64,000 nucleotides of DNA from an uncultured Dehalococcoidia bacterium (lineage in GTDB: Bacteria > Chloroflexota > Dehalococcoidia > DSTF01 > JALHUB01): contig CAZMGB010000003.1 in assembly GCA_964565775.1 (NCBI GenBank), positions 139,957-203,956 of the forward strand, written 5' to 3'. Under the pieces are notes generated by a model. The model ran no database searches. It was not told the origin of the DNA and was given only the letters and a program-made list of their open reading frames with translations. A program made the translations under genes and the position numbers. Positions 46,721 through 55,938 of this stretch are shown here, one piece after another. Numbering within the stretch: the stretch's first letter is position 1; every line of letters begins with the position of its first letter.

Positions 46721-46747
46721 CGGGCGGGGGCAGAGCCCCGCCCCTAC
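46721..46747 (-). repeat. GTAG-type REP element
   Basis: GTAGGGGCGGGGCTCTGCCCCCGCCCG: GTAG plus hairpin, between convergent genes. Confidence 0.7.
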
Positions 46748-46763
46748 GGCTGAAACGGCGGCG

Positions 46764-48011
46764 CTAGCCGCCGAAGCGCTCCTTCACGGACTTGAAAGCC
46801 ACCTCAGTGACATCCAGCGCCTCGTCGATGTCGTCCTCTTTGTGAGCCGCCGAGAGGAACCAGTTGTGGTGCGGGTTGAAGAAGACGCCGCGCCGCGCGC
46901 ACTCGCCGGCGAAGACCCGGCTCCTCTCGAACCCCGGGTCGCCCACGAACGTCATGAACGGGAGCGCCGGCGGACCCGACTGGTAGATCGCCAGACCCAA
47001 CGACCGCGCTTGCTGGTCTAGCCCCTCGCGGAGGCGCCTGCCCATCGCGTCCATCTGCTCGATGCCGCCCTCGTCCCGCAGCGTCTCGATCGTGGCGATG
47101 GCGGCAGCCATGGGAACGTAGGCCGTCCAGAAGGAGCCCGTGAAGAAGACCTGCTCCGCCGCCGACCGCAGGAACTCGCGGCCGAGGCCCGCCGAGAGGG
47201 CGTAGCCATTGGCGATGGCCTTACAGTAGCAGGTGATGTCCGGCTGCACCCCGAAGTACTCGCCGGAACCTGACAGGTGGAGACGGAAGCCGGCCCGCAC
47301 GTCGTCGAAGATGAAGACGATGCCCTCCTCGTCGCAGAGCGTGCGGACGCTCTTCAGGAAGCCGGGCGCCGGCATCTCCGAGTCGTGGAACGCCTCGTGG
47401 CGGAACGGCGTTAGGATGATTCCCGCGACCTCTCCTCGATGCTCGCCAACGACCCGCCTCAAGTCGTCGAGATCGTTGTAGGTGAACGTGAGGACGTCCG
47501 CCTTCTGCGCTGGGGGAATGCCGGCGTTCCCGGGCGTACACCAGGAGCCGACGCCATGGTAGGTGCCAGCCGCCATCACTATCTTCGGCCGGCCGGTATG
47601 GGCGCGCGCGACGGCCAGCGACCAGGTCGTCGCATCGGAGCCGTTCTTGGCGAAGACGGCCCAATCGGCGAAGGGTGTGATGCCGACGAGGAGCTCCGCC
47701 AGCTCCACCCACACCTCACCGGGGAGGTTCAGGCAGTCGGCCTTTTCGGCCTGTGCCCGCGCCGCCGCCTCGACGCGCGGGTGGCGGTAGCCCAGCACCA
47801 TCGGCCCGTAGGCACACATGAAGTCGATGTATTCGTTGCCGTCGACGTCCCAGAAGCGGCAGCCCTCAGCGCGGGCGAGGAAGCTGGGGAACTCGCCCGG
47901 CGTCAGTAGCTTGGGGCTCTGGTGGCCGTAGATGCCATGAGGCACAACCTTCTCGGCGCGGGCGATCAGGGCTTCGCTGCGGCTAAATACGTGGAGCTGT
48001 TTGCTCAGCAT
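46764..48011 (-). CDS. Class III PLP aminotransferase (HemL fold, FumI-like)
   Basis: WDVDGNEYIDFMCAYGP, KNGSDAT, YHG, FDDVRAGFR, KAIANG, FTGSF. Confidence 0.88.
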   Translation of the reverse strand: MLSKQLHVFSRSEALIARAEKVVPHGIYGHQSPKLLTPGEFPSFLARAEGCRFWDVDGNEYIDFMCAYGPMVLGYRHPRVEAAARAQAEKADCLNLPGEVWVELAELLVGITPFADWAVFAKNGSDATTWSLAVARAHTGRPKIVMAAGTYHGVGSWCTPGNAGIPPAQKADVLTFTYNDLDDLRRVVGEHRGEVAGIILTPFRHEAFHDSEMPAPGFLKSVRTLCDEEGIVFIFDDVRAGFRLHLSGSGEYFGVQPDITCYCKAIANGYALSAGLGREFLRSAAEQVFFTGSFWTAYVPMAAAIATIETLRDEGGIEQMDAMGRRLREGLDQQARSLGLAIYQSGPPALPFMTFVGDPGFERSRVFAGECARRGVFFNPHHNWFLSAAHKEDDIDEALDVTEVAFKSVKERFGG

Positions 48012-48148
48012 GGACACACCTCCAAGTCAAGCTCACGAACTGAGCAGCCCCTCCGCAGACTCCTGCGGGACGGGCACGGACGGAAATGGAGCCCGCCTAG
48101 AGAGGGATGCCCGGACGGGCACGCCTGCGCCGACTCCGGATAACTAGC

Positions 48149-48177
48149 ACTGTAGACGCGTTGGGCACGCCTGTCAA
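48149..48177 (-). promoter_or_regulatory. sigma70-type promoter
   Basis: TTGACA-17bp-TACAGT. Confidence 0.6.
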
Positions 48178-48255
48178 TCCGCCCGCTTCCCACCGAGCCG
48201 TGCCAGTACCGCTCAGTCGCGCCGTTCGACGGCGTCGCGGCTGGGCGTCACGACT

Positions 48256-48284
48256 TTGACCGTCGGGCAGGCGGGCCATAAAAT
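48256..48284 (+). promoter_or_regulatory. sigma70-type promoter
   Basis: TTGACC-17bp-TAAAAT. Confidence 0.65.
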
Positions 48285-48367
48285 GGTACGAGCGTCTTTC
48301 AGCCGACCCGCTCCGCTAGCGACACGGCACCGACCAGCTATAAGGAGATCGCAACCGCGGCCCATCC

Positions 48368-51346
48368 ATGAACAGCCTCTTCGGCCTCTCGATGAACGTC
48401 ATCATGGTCGCGATGCTCGTGCTGCTGGGCATCAGCCTCAGCACCGTCGTCTTCGTCGCGCTGCGCAACCGCCTCCTCTTCATCATCGGGCTGCGCAACA
48501 TCCCCAGACGCGTCGCCCAGACCGTGCTCATCATCATCGGCCTCATGCTCAGCACTCTCATAATCTCCGCCGCCTTCACCACCGGCGACACCGTCGATCA
48601 CAGCATCACCAGCTATGTCTACCAGAGGGCGGGCTCCGTGGACGAAACCATCCAGTTTGAGAGTGGGGACAGTGGCTTCGCATCGTCGGACGTCAGTATA
48701 CCGATGTCGGTGGTGCAAGAGCTGGAGACGGCCCTGGCCGGCGACCCGGAGATCGACGGCATCGGCGCCATCCTGACGGAGCAAGTGCCGCTCGTGAACC
48801 CAAAGACCCGCCAGAGCGCCCCCTCGGTCAACTTCGTCGGCGCCGACCCGACGCGGCTCAAGGGCTTCCCCGACATCGAGAACCTGCAGGGCAAACAGCT
48901 TGACCTGGGCAGCCTCGCAGCCAATCAGATGTACGTCAACGAGGACGCCGCCAAGGAGGTCGACGCCCATCCCGGCGAGACGCTCACGGTCTACTACCAG
49001 AACCAGCCCCTGGAGTTCGAGGTAGTCGACATCGTCAAGACGCGCGCCCTGACGGGCGGCTTCGGCACTGAGAACGACAAGGGAATGGTCACCCGTCTCG
49101 ATACCCTCCAGAAGCTGTTCCACCGCGAGGGGGAGGTCGACTTCATCGGTATCTCCAACCGGGGCGGCGTCCGCAGCGGGCTCGCGCTCAGCGACAGCGT
49201 GACGGCCAAGGTAGAGGCGGTCATCAAAGAAAAGGGGCTTAACCTGTCGGTTGACCCCTGGAAGAAGGACGGCGTGAACACAGCCGAACAGATAGGCAAC
49301 GGCATCATGACCTTCTTCCTGGTCATGGGGCTGTTCTCCATCGCCGCAGGGATCCTGCTCATCATCATGATCTTCGTGATGCTGGCTGCGGAACGGAAGA
49401 CGGAGATGGGCATAAGCCGCGCCGTCGGCACGAAGAGGCGCCAGTTGATCCAGACATTCATGTCGGAGGGCATGGGCTACAACATGATGTCCGCCCTGGT
49501 CGGTGTTGGCCTGGGCGTCCTTGTGTCGCTGGTGCTGACCGGCATCATGGCCGCGATCTTCGGGCAGTTCTTCTCCATCTCGCCCTACGTGACAGGACGC
49601 AGCCTCATCATCTCCTACTCCCTTGGCGTCGCCCTCACCTTCCTGACGGTAGTCTTCTCCTCGTGGCGCGTCAGCAACCTGAACATCGTGCGGGCGATCC
49701 GCGACATACCGGAGCCGCCGTCGCGCCCGCGACGGCGCTCCCTCATCATCGGCATCATCGTAGTGGCGTTCGGCGCGCTGCTGATACTGACGGGCGCGTC
49801 CTCCCGCCTCCAGTTCCCGTACGCTCTGGGCGTCTCCCTGGTATTCTTCGGCTCCGCCGTCGCTCTACGCTATCTGGGCGTACCAGAGCGACCGCTGTTC
49901 ACCGTTACCGGCCTGGTTCTCCTCGTCTTCTGGCTGCTGGGAGCGGGTGCGCGTATCCCGCCGAAGCTGCATGGGGATGTCGAGATGTTCTTCCTCAGCG
50001 GCATCGTCATGGTGGCGGCCGCCGTCTTCGTCATCGTCTACAACGCCCAACTGCTCCTCACCCTGGTCCTCCGCGGCGGAGCGCGGCTCGGGCGCATCCT
50101 GCCTGCGGTGAAGACGGCCATCGCCTACCCCCTGGCGAGCAAGTTCCGGACGGGCATGACGATGGCGATGATCTCTCTTGTGGTCTTCGCTCTCACGATG
50201 ATGTCGACCATGAACGCCAACTACAGTCAGCTCTTCCTCAGCGAGTCCGCCCGCGGCGGCTGGGACATCCGCGTGGACGAGAACCCCAACAACCCCATCA
50301 AAGACCTGCGCAAGGCCCTCGACGAGGAGGGGTCTGTGGACACGAGCCAGTTCCTCGCCGTGGGTAAGCTGGGCTGGGCGCGGCCCACTGCCACCGACAT
50401 GAGACAAGGCCCCGACAAGGGATTCCAGGACTATCTGGTCCGCGGCGCTGACGACGACTTCCTGGCACGGAGCAACATCCCCCTCCAGAGCAGAGCCACC
50501 GGCTTCAAGGACGACCGGGCGGTCTGGGAGGCGATGCGCTCCAACCCTAACCTGGCGGTCATCGACGCTTTCGCTCTCGGGGGCGGTGGCTTCCAGATCG
50601 GACCAGAGGCCTTTACCCTCGAGGGTATCGAGCCGGACCAGAAGGTGTTCGATCCCGTTTCTGTAGAGATACGCGATCGCGCCACCGGTAAGACGGGCAC
50701 CGTGCAGATCATCGGCGTCATGGAGTTTGGAGCGAGCACCACCTTCTTCGGCGTCATCGCGCCCGAGAAGTTCGTCGACGACGTGTTCGGCGGGCCCCAG
50801 TTCTCCACCGACTTCATCGAGCTGGCCGACCCGAGCACCGCCGACCGTACGGCCAAAGCCATCGAGGCGGCCCTCTTCACGAGGGGAGCTCAGGCCAGCT
50901 CCATCAAGTCCGACATCGAGAAGAACAACCGCCTCTTCCAGAGCTTCTTCTATGTACTGCAGGCGTTCATGGGCCTGGGTCTCGTGGTGGGCATCGCCGC
51001 CGTCGGCGTCATCGCCTTCCGAACGGTGGTCGAGCGGCGCCAGCAGATCGGCATGCTGCGGGCCATCGGCTACACCAGGGGCGCCGTCGCCCTGAGCTTC
51101 CTCATGGAGTCGTCCTTCGTGACGATAATGGGAATCCTTTCCGGGCTGGGCCTCGCCATCGCCCTGGCCTACTTCCTTGTCACGAGCGACGAGCTCTCGA
51201 ACACGGGGATCAGCAGCTTCTACATACCGTGGGTGCAGATCTCGTTCATCGCCATCTTTGCCTACGTGGCGTCGCTGGTGATGACCTGGATCCCCTCGCG
51301 CCAGGCCGCGGGCATCCCCATCGCCGCGGCGCTCCGCTACGAGTAA
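48368..51346 (+). CDS. FtsX/MacB-like ABC permease (duplicated)
   Basis: Two FtsX motifs ERKTEMGISRAVG and ERRQQIGMLRAIG, two extracytoplasmic domains, ALRYE end. Confidence 0.9.
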   Translation: MNSLFGLSMNVIMVAMLVLLGISLSTVVFVALRNRLLFIIGLRNIPRRVAQTVLIIIGLMLSTLIISAAFTTGDTVDHSITSYVYQRAGSVDETIQFESGDSGFASSDVSIPMSVVQELETALAGDPEIDGIGAILTEQVPLVNPKTRQSAPSVNFVGADPTRLKGFPDIENLQGKQLDLGSLAANQMYVNEDAAKEVDAHPGETLTVYYQNQPLEFEVVDIVKTRALTGGFGTENDKGMVTRLDTLQKLFHREGEVDFIGISNRGGVRSGLALSDSVTAKVEAVIKEKGLNLSVDPWKKDGVNTAEQIGNGIMTFFLVMGLFSIAAGILLIIMIFVMLAAERKTEMGISRAVGTKRRQLIQTFMSEGMGYNMMSALVGVGLGVLVSLVLTGIMAAIFGQFFSISPYVTGRSLIISYSLGVALTFLTVVFSSWRVSNLNIVRAIRDIPEPPSRPRRRSLIIGIIVVAFGALLILTGASSRLQFPYALGVSLVFFGSAVALRYLGVPERPLFTVTGLVLLVFWLLGAGARIPPKLHGDVEMFFLSGIVMVAAAVFVIVYNAQLLLTLVLRGGARLGRILPAVKTAIAYPLASKFRTGMTMAMISLVVFALTMMSTMNANYSQLFLSESARGGWDIRVDENPNNPIKDLRKALDEEGSVDTSQFLAVGKLGWARPTATDMRQGPDKGFQDYLVRGADDDFLARSNIPLQSRATGFKDDRAVWEAMRSNPNLAVIDAFALGGGGFQIGPEAFTLEGIEPDQKVFDPVSVEIRDRATGKTGTVQIIGVMEFGASTTFFGVIAPEKFVDDVFGGPQFSTDFIELADPSTADRTAKAIEAALFTRGAQASSIKSDIEKNNRLFQSFFYVLQAFMGLGLVVGIAAVGVIAFRTVVERRQQIGMLRAIGYTRGAVALSFLMESSFVTIMGILSGLGLAIALAYFLVTSDELSNTGISSFYIPWVQISFIAIFAYVASLVMTWIPSRQAAGIPIAAALRYE

Positions 51347-51347
51347 G

Positions 51348-51560
51348 GTGATGAGCATCACCTTCGACGACATCGGCCCCGAGCGCATTCACCAGTTCTA
51401 CGACCCCGGCGGCGGCATGAGGGCGGCGCCGGTCAAAGATACGACGGTCTTCCTGTTCTCCGGCGGCGGCGTCAACGTGGTGCTGGAGTCGGAGGCGGCT
51501 GAGGCGCGCCGCTACGTCGGCCAGCGAAAGAACCGGGGAAAGGTGCTTCCTGTTCCCTGA
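51348..51560 (+). pseudogene. Chimeric relic: Glu/Leu/Phe/Val dehydrogenase-like N-terminus fused to a quinone oxidoreductase-like C-terminus
   Basis: DDIGPERIHQFYDPGGGMRA..KDTT..GGV plus SEAAEARRYVGQRKNRGKVL.VP*. Confidence 0.5.
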
Positions 51561-51621
51561 CCGGCGAGGCAACAGATACGATTGACGGGGTCAGCGCCCG
51601 GCGTCCACGGGAGGAGACAGC

Positions 51622-52392
51622 ATACCCACCGCTTCCATCAACGGCATCGAGATCTACTACGAGGACCATGGGAAGGGGTACCCTATCCTCCTCTCCCACG
51701 GCTACTCGGCGGCCGCGCAGATGTGGCAGCCCCAGGTGGACGGCCTCGGACACAAGTACCGCGTCGTCACCTGGGACATGCGCGGCCACGGCCAGACGGA
51801 CAGCCCCGAGAGCCAGCAGGAGTACTCGGAGGCGCTCAGCGTGGAGGACATGCGGGGCCTGCTCCGGCAGCTTGGCATCACCGAGGCCGTCGTGGGCGGC
51901 CTCTCGATGGGCGGCTACATGTCACTGGCCTTCCACCTCAAGTACCCCGAGATGGTGCGCGCCCTGATCCTCTGCGACACCGGTCCCGGCTACAAGAGCG
52001 AGGAGCCACGCGCCGGCTGGAACCGCATGGCCGAGGGCTACGCGAAGGCCTATGAGGAGCAGGGGCTGGAAGCCCTCGGCTCCGGCAGCGAGGTCAGGGC
52101 CACGGCCCGCTTCCATCGCTCCGCCGCGGGGCTGGTGAAGGCGGCGCGGGGGATGCTCACTCAGTTCGACTCGCGCGTCATCGAGAGCCTGCCCCACATC
52201 CGCGTGCCCACCCTCATCATCGTCGGCGAGCAGGACAAGCCCTTCCTGGTTCCCTCGGACTACATGGCGGCCAAGATCCCCGGCGCCCGCAAGGTCGTGA
52301 TCGAGGGCGTCGGCCACGCCTCCAACATCGAGGGCGCCGCCGCATTCAATGCGGCCGTCCTCGAATTCCTCGACGGGCTGGGTCTGGCCTAG
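51622..52392 (+). CDS. Alpha/beta hydrolase with an apparent ATA start
   Basis: GGAGGAG RBS then ATA-PTASINGIEIYYEDHGKG..HGY in frame with DMRGHG, GLSMGG, GHASN. Confidence 0.8.
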   Translation: MPTASINGIEIYYEDHGKGYPILLSHGYSAAAQMWQPQVDGLGHKYRVVTWDMRGHGQTDSPESQQEYSEALSVEDMRGLLRQLGITEAVVGGLSMGGYMSLAFHLKYPEMVRALILCDTGPGYKSEEPRAGWNRMAEGYAKAYEEQGLEALGSGSEVRATARFHRSAAGLVKAARGMLTQFDSRVIESLPHIRVPTLIIVGEQDKPFLVPSDYMAAKIPGARKVVIEGVGHASNIEGAAAFNAAVLEFLDGLGLA

Positions 52393-52421
52393 CACGGCAC
52401 AGCGTCGACCGGGAGGAAACT

Positions 52422-53198
52422 ATGCCAGTCACCTACGAGAAGAGAGACCGCATCGCCTACATCACGCTCAACCGCCCGGAGGTGCTCAACGCCTTCAACC
52501 GAGAGATGCACCGCCGCCTGCGGGAGGCCTGGCTCGACTTCCGGGAGGACAACGACGTGTGGGCGGCGCTGATCACAGGCGCCGGCGACCGCGCCTTCTC
52601 GGCCGGCCAGGACGTCAACGAGATCGGCGGCGCGGCCGCTGATGCCGCACGCCGCAGCTTCTGGGAGACCTGGTTCGGCGACGACCTCCAGTCCGGCCTC
52701 GAGGTGTGGAAGCCGATCGTGGCGGCGATCAACGGCTACTGCCTGGGCGAGGGGCTGACCCTGATCCTCGCCTGCGACTTCCGCGTCGCCTCCGAACGGG
52801 CCAGCTTCGGCTTCCCGGAGGTGGGGCTGGGGCTCGCCACCATCGTCGGCGCCGTCCGGGCGCCGCGCGTCGTGGGCCTGGGCAACGCCCTCGAGCTGCT
52901 GCTCACCGGCGACCGCGTCGACGCTCAGCGCGCGTTACAGATGGGCCTGGTGCACCGCGTCGTTCCCCACGATGAGGTGAAGGCGGAGGGGGAGCGGCTG
53001 GCGCGGCGGCTCTGCCGTAACGGCCCCCTGGCGATGCGCTGCACGAAGGAGGTGGCCGTGCGCGGCCAGAACATGCCCTTCGCCGACGCCGTGCGCATGG
53101 GCGAGGGGCTGCGGCGCATCGCGTCCCAGAGCGAGGACGTGCGGGAGGGCATCCTCGCCTTTCGGGAGAAGCGTGAGCCGCGCTTCACCGGCCGCTGA
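52422..53198 (+). CDS. Enoyl-CoA hydratase/isomerase family protein
   Basis: ITLNRPEVLNA, AFSAGQD, KPIVAAINGYCLG, PEV, EGILAFREKREP.F.G. Confidence 0.9.
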   Translation: MPVTYEKRDRIAYITLNRPEVLNAFNREMHRRLREAWLDFREDNDVWAALITGAGDRAFSAGQDVNEIGGAAADAARRSFWETWFGDDLQSGLEVWKPIVAAINGYCLGEGLTLILACDFRVASERASFGFPEVGLGLATIVGAVRAPRVVGLGNALELLLTGDRVDAQRALQMGLVHRVVPHDEVKAEGERLARRLCRNGPLAMRCTKEVAVRGQNMPFADAVRMGEGLRRIASQSEDVREGILAFREKREPRFTGR

Positions 53199-53249
53199 CG
53201 CCCTCGTCTTGCCTCTCTGCCGCCCCTTGTGCCACACTCGTCTGCGGCC

Positions 53250-54314
53250 ATGACCCGTCGCATCATCCACGCCGACCTCGACGCCTTCTTCGCCTCCGTA
53301 GAGCAGCTCGATAGCCCGGAGCTGCGGGGCCGGCCGGTCGTCGTCGGCGGCCCGCCGGACGCTCGCGGCGTCGTCGCCGCCGCCTCCTACGAGGCGCGCG
53401 CCTACGGCGTCCGCTCCGCCATGCCCATGGCGACCGCGCTCCGGCTCTGCCCGGAGGCCGTGCGGGTGCCGCCTCGCTTCGAGCGCTACGGCCAGGTGTC
53501 GCGCCGCGTGATGGAGATCTTCCGCGAGGTCACAGCCCTGATCGAGCCGTTGTCCCTCGACGAGGCGTTCCTGGACGTGAGCGACAGCGCCCTGCCCGCC
53601 GAGGAGATCGCGGCGGCGCTGAAACGGCGCATCCGGGAGGAGCTGGGGCTCACCATCTCGATAGGGGTCGCTTCCTCCAAGTCCGTCGCCAAGATCGCCT
53701 CCGACTTCCAGAAACCGGACGGCCTGACGGTAGTGCCGCCGGGCGGCGAGCGGCAGTTCCTGGCGCCCCTGCCCGTGCGCAGCCTCTGGGGCGTCGGGCC
53801 GAAGACGGCGGAGAGTCTGGCACGGGAGTCGGTCAGCACGATCGGGGAGCTGGCCGCGAAGCCGGAGGAGTGGGCCCGGAGCCGCTACGGCCAGCGCGGG
53901 CTCTATCTCCTACGACTGGCCCGCGGTGAGGACACGAGCCCGGTGACGGTTGAGCACGAGACCAAGTCGGTGAGCTCGGAGACGACGTTCCCGACCGACG
54001 TCTCCAGCCGTCATGAGCTGGAAGCTGCCCTCCACGACCTCGCCGAGCACGTTGCGCGTCGCCTCAAGCGCGGCGGACTGAGGGGAAAGACGGTCAAGAT
54101 CAAGCTGCGGCTGGCCGACTTCACTACGTTCACGCGCCAGACAAGCCGCCCGGCGGCCACCGACGACCTTGCCGTGATCTTCGAAGAGGCGTCGCGGCTG
54201 CTTGCGAAGGAGGTGCGGGAGGGTCGCCGCTTCCGCCTGCTGGGGGTAGGCGTCTCCGGATTCGCGCCCGAGAAGGCGACGGCGGCGCAGCCCAGCCTGT
54301 TTCCGGACCTCTAG
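53250..54314 (+). CDS. dinB: DNA polymerase IV
   Basis: HADLDAFFASVEQ, AASYEAR, SLDEAFLD, AKIASD..KPDG, RLLGVG, QPSLF clamp motif. Confidence 0.95.
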   Translation: MTRRIIHADLDAFFASVEQLDSPELRGRPVVVGGPPDARGVVAAASYEARAYGVRSAMPMATALRLCPEAVRVPPRFERYGQVSRRVMEIFREVTALIEPLSLDEAFLDVSDSALPAEEIAAALKRRIREELGLTISIGVASSKSVAKIASDFQKPDGLTVVPPGGERQFLAPLPVRSLWGVGPKTAESLARESVSTIGELAAKPEEWARSRYGQRGLYLLRLARGEDTSPVTVEHETKSVSSETTFPTDVSSRHELEAALHDLAEHVARRLKRGGLRGKTVKIKLRLADFTTFTRQTSRPAATDDLAVIFEEASRLLAKEVREGRRFRLLGVGVSGFAPEKATAAQPSLFPDL

Positions 54315-55201
54315 GCCCCGACCTGCACGCCCGCCAACTTCTCCACCGCCTTCACCAGGCTTTGGGTCCCCTCGGCACCGAGACCGTCGGCCTCGATGGC
54401 GGCGAAGAGCTGATGCACGAGACTCGTCCCCGGCAGGGGCACGAACCGCTCGCCAGCCACCTCCAGCGCCAGTCTCAGGTCCTTCTGCTGGTGGGCCACC
54501 TTGAAGCCGGGCCGGAAATCGCGCTGCAGGATGCGGGGCGCCAGGTTCTGGATCGCCCACGAATTGCCGGCACCGGCGCTTACGGCGTCGATGACGACGG
54601 CCGGGTCGATTCCCGCCTTCACCGCAAGGACCAGCGCCTCACACATGGCGAGGTTGTTCAACCCGACCACGATCTGGTTGCAGAGCTTCACCGTCTGCCC
54701 CGCCCCGCTGGGCCCGCAGTACACGAGCTTGTGCCCCAGGACCTCCAGGACGGGCCGGCAGCGCTCGAAGGTGCTTTGCCGGCCGCCCACCATTATCGAT
54801 AGGGTACCGGAGATGGCCCCGTGCTCGCCGCCGCTCACCGGCGCGTCCAGCATCTCGACGCTCTCCTCGGCCAACTGCGCGGCGACATGACGGGTGACGT
54901 CGGGCGAGATCGTTGACATGTCGATCACCATGAGCCCGTGTCGCGCCCCTTCGATGATCCCGTCCTCGCCCAGGGCCACCCGTTCCACATCGGGCGAGTC
55001 GGTCACCATCGTGATTACCACGTCCGAGTGCTCCGCCACCTCGCGGGGAGAAGAGGCTGCGGTAGCGCCGTCCATGGCCAGCTCCTTGATCGGAGGGCGG
55101 CTGCGGCTCCACACGGTGACAGGATAGCCGGCCCCAAGCAGGTTTCGCGCCATGGGCCGGCCCATGATTCCCAGTCCTATGAATCCGATTCGATCGCTCA
55201 T
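54311..55201 (-). CDS. NAD(P)-dependent beta-hydroxyacid dehydrogenase (GarR/GlxR/MmsB family)
   Basis: IGFIGLGIMG, DMSTI, DAPVSGG, KLCNQ, KDL. Confidence 0.9.
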   Translation of the reverse strand: MSDRIGFIGLGIMGRPMARNLLGAGYPVTVWSRSRPPIKELAMDGATAASSPREVAEHSDVVITMVTDSPDVERVALGEDGIIEGARHGLMVIDMSTISPDVTRHVAAQLAEESVEMLDAPVSGGEHGAISGTLSIMVGGRQSTFERCRPVLEVLGHKLVYCGPSGAGQTVKLCNQIVVGLNNLAMCEALVLAVKAGIDPAVVIDAVSAGAGNSWAIQNLAPRILQRDFRPGFKVAHQQKDLRLALEVAGERFVPLPGTSLVHQLFAAIEADGLGAEGTQSLVKAVEKLAGVQVGA

Positions 55202-55422
55202 GGTCACCTCCTGCCGACACCCGGCGTAACTATCATATCCGAACGCTGAGGCGCAGGGTATCCTCCGATCCCCTACGCGAGCAGCGCAGGAGCACCCCAG
55301 CCGGATGGCCGCAGGCGTCGCCGAGCCATTTACCGAAGCCGTGGGACTCTCAGACGGGACCGCCCGGGCATTTCGCGGAGGGAGCAACTGTCACGGGCAC
55401 CTTGTGGCCTGAGACTCGACCA

Positions 55423-55452
55423 TTGACAGCCGACCACTTGTCGGTCGAGAAT
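55423..55452 (+). promoter_or_regulatory. Promoter-like site containing a CCGAC-N5-GTCGG palindrome
   Basis: TTGACA-18bp-GAGAAT with the palindrome in the spacer. Confidence 0.4.
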
Positions 55453-55523
55453 GGGCCGTCTCAGCCACCGACCGCGAGGAGCCGGCACGGCGTCGAACGA
55501 AACAGCCGGGAACGCACGAAGCT

Positions 55524-55700
55524 TGTAGCTGCGGTATGTAGCTGCGGCCTGTAGCTGCAGACCTTCAGGTCTGCCGCATGGAGCAGGGCTGAAGCCCTGC
55601 AGCTACGGTCAATGCCGTACGGAGCAGGGCTGAAGCCCTGCAGCTACGGTCAATGTCCGCTACGGTCAATGTCCGCCTTGTGGAGCAGGGCTGACGGTCA
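55524..55700. repeat. Cluster of GTAG-type REP elements (BIME/REPIN-like)
   Basis: GTAGCTGCAGACCTTCAGGTCTGC (55551-55574), two inverted GCAGGGCTGAAGCCCTGCAGCTAC (55583-55606, 55624-55647), plus partial copies. Confidence 0.85.
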
Positions 55701-55938
55701 TTGACGATCAGACTCGAAGCTGAGGGATTCGACGTAAGCCTGGCGCCGTGCCAGCCTGAAAACTGGCACTTCAGAGACCCGGCGGGCGGCTTCCCCTGCG
55801 TCGGTCTATCTTGCTCATCGATGGGCCTCGTCCCGCCCGCCTACGGCCTCCCGCCCGACAAGCTCCTCCCGTACGCGATGATGGTCGCGCAGACTTCCTG
55901 CACCTAACGCGCCGCTAGGAGCGCCACGGCGCCACGGC

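Noticed and set aside
55524-55700. CRISPR array
   Set aside because: Units are inverted and partial, spacers are short and repetitive, and no cas genes are present; fits REPs
55701-55907. 68-aa ORF after the REP cluster
   Set aside because: TTG start without RBS and only a weak FRDP motif; not called as a CDS
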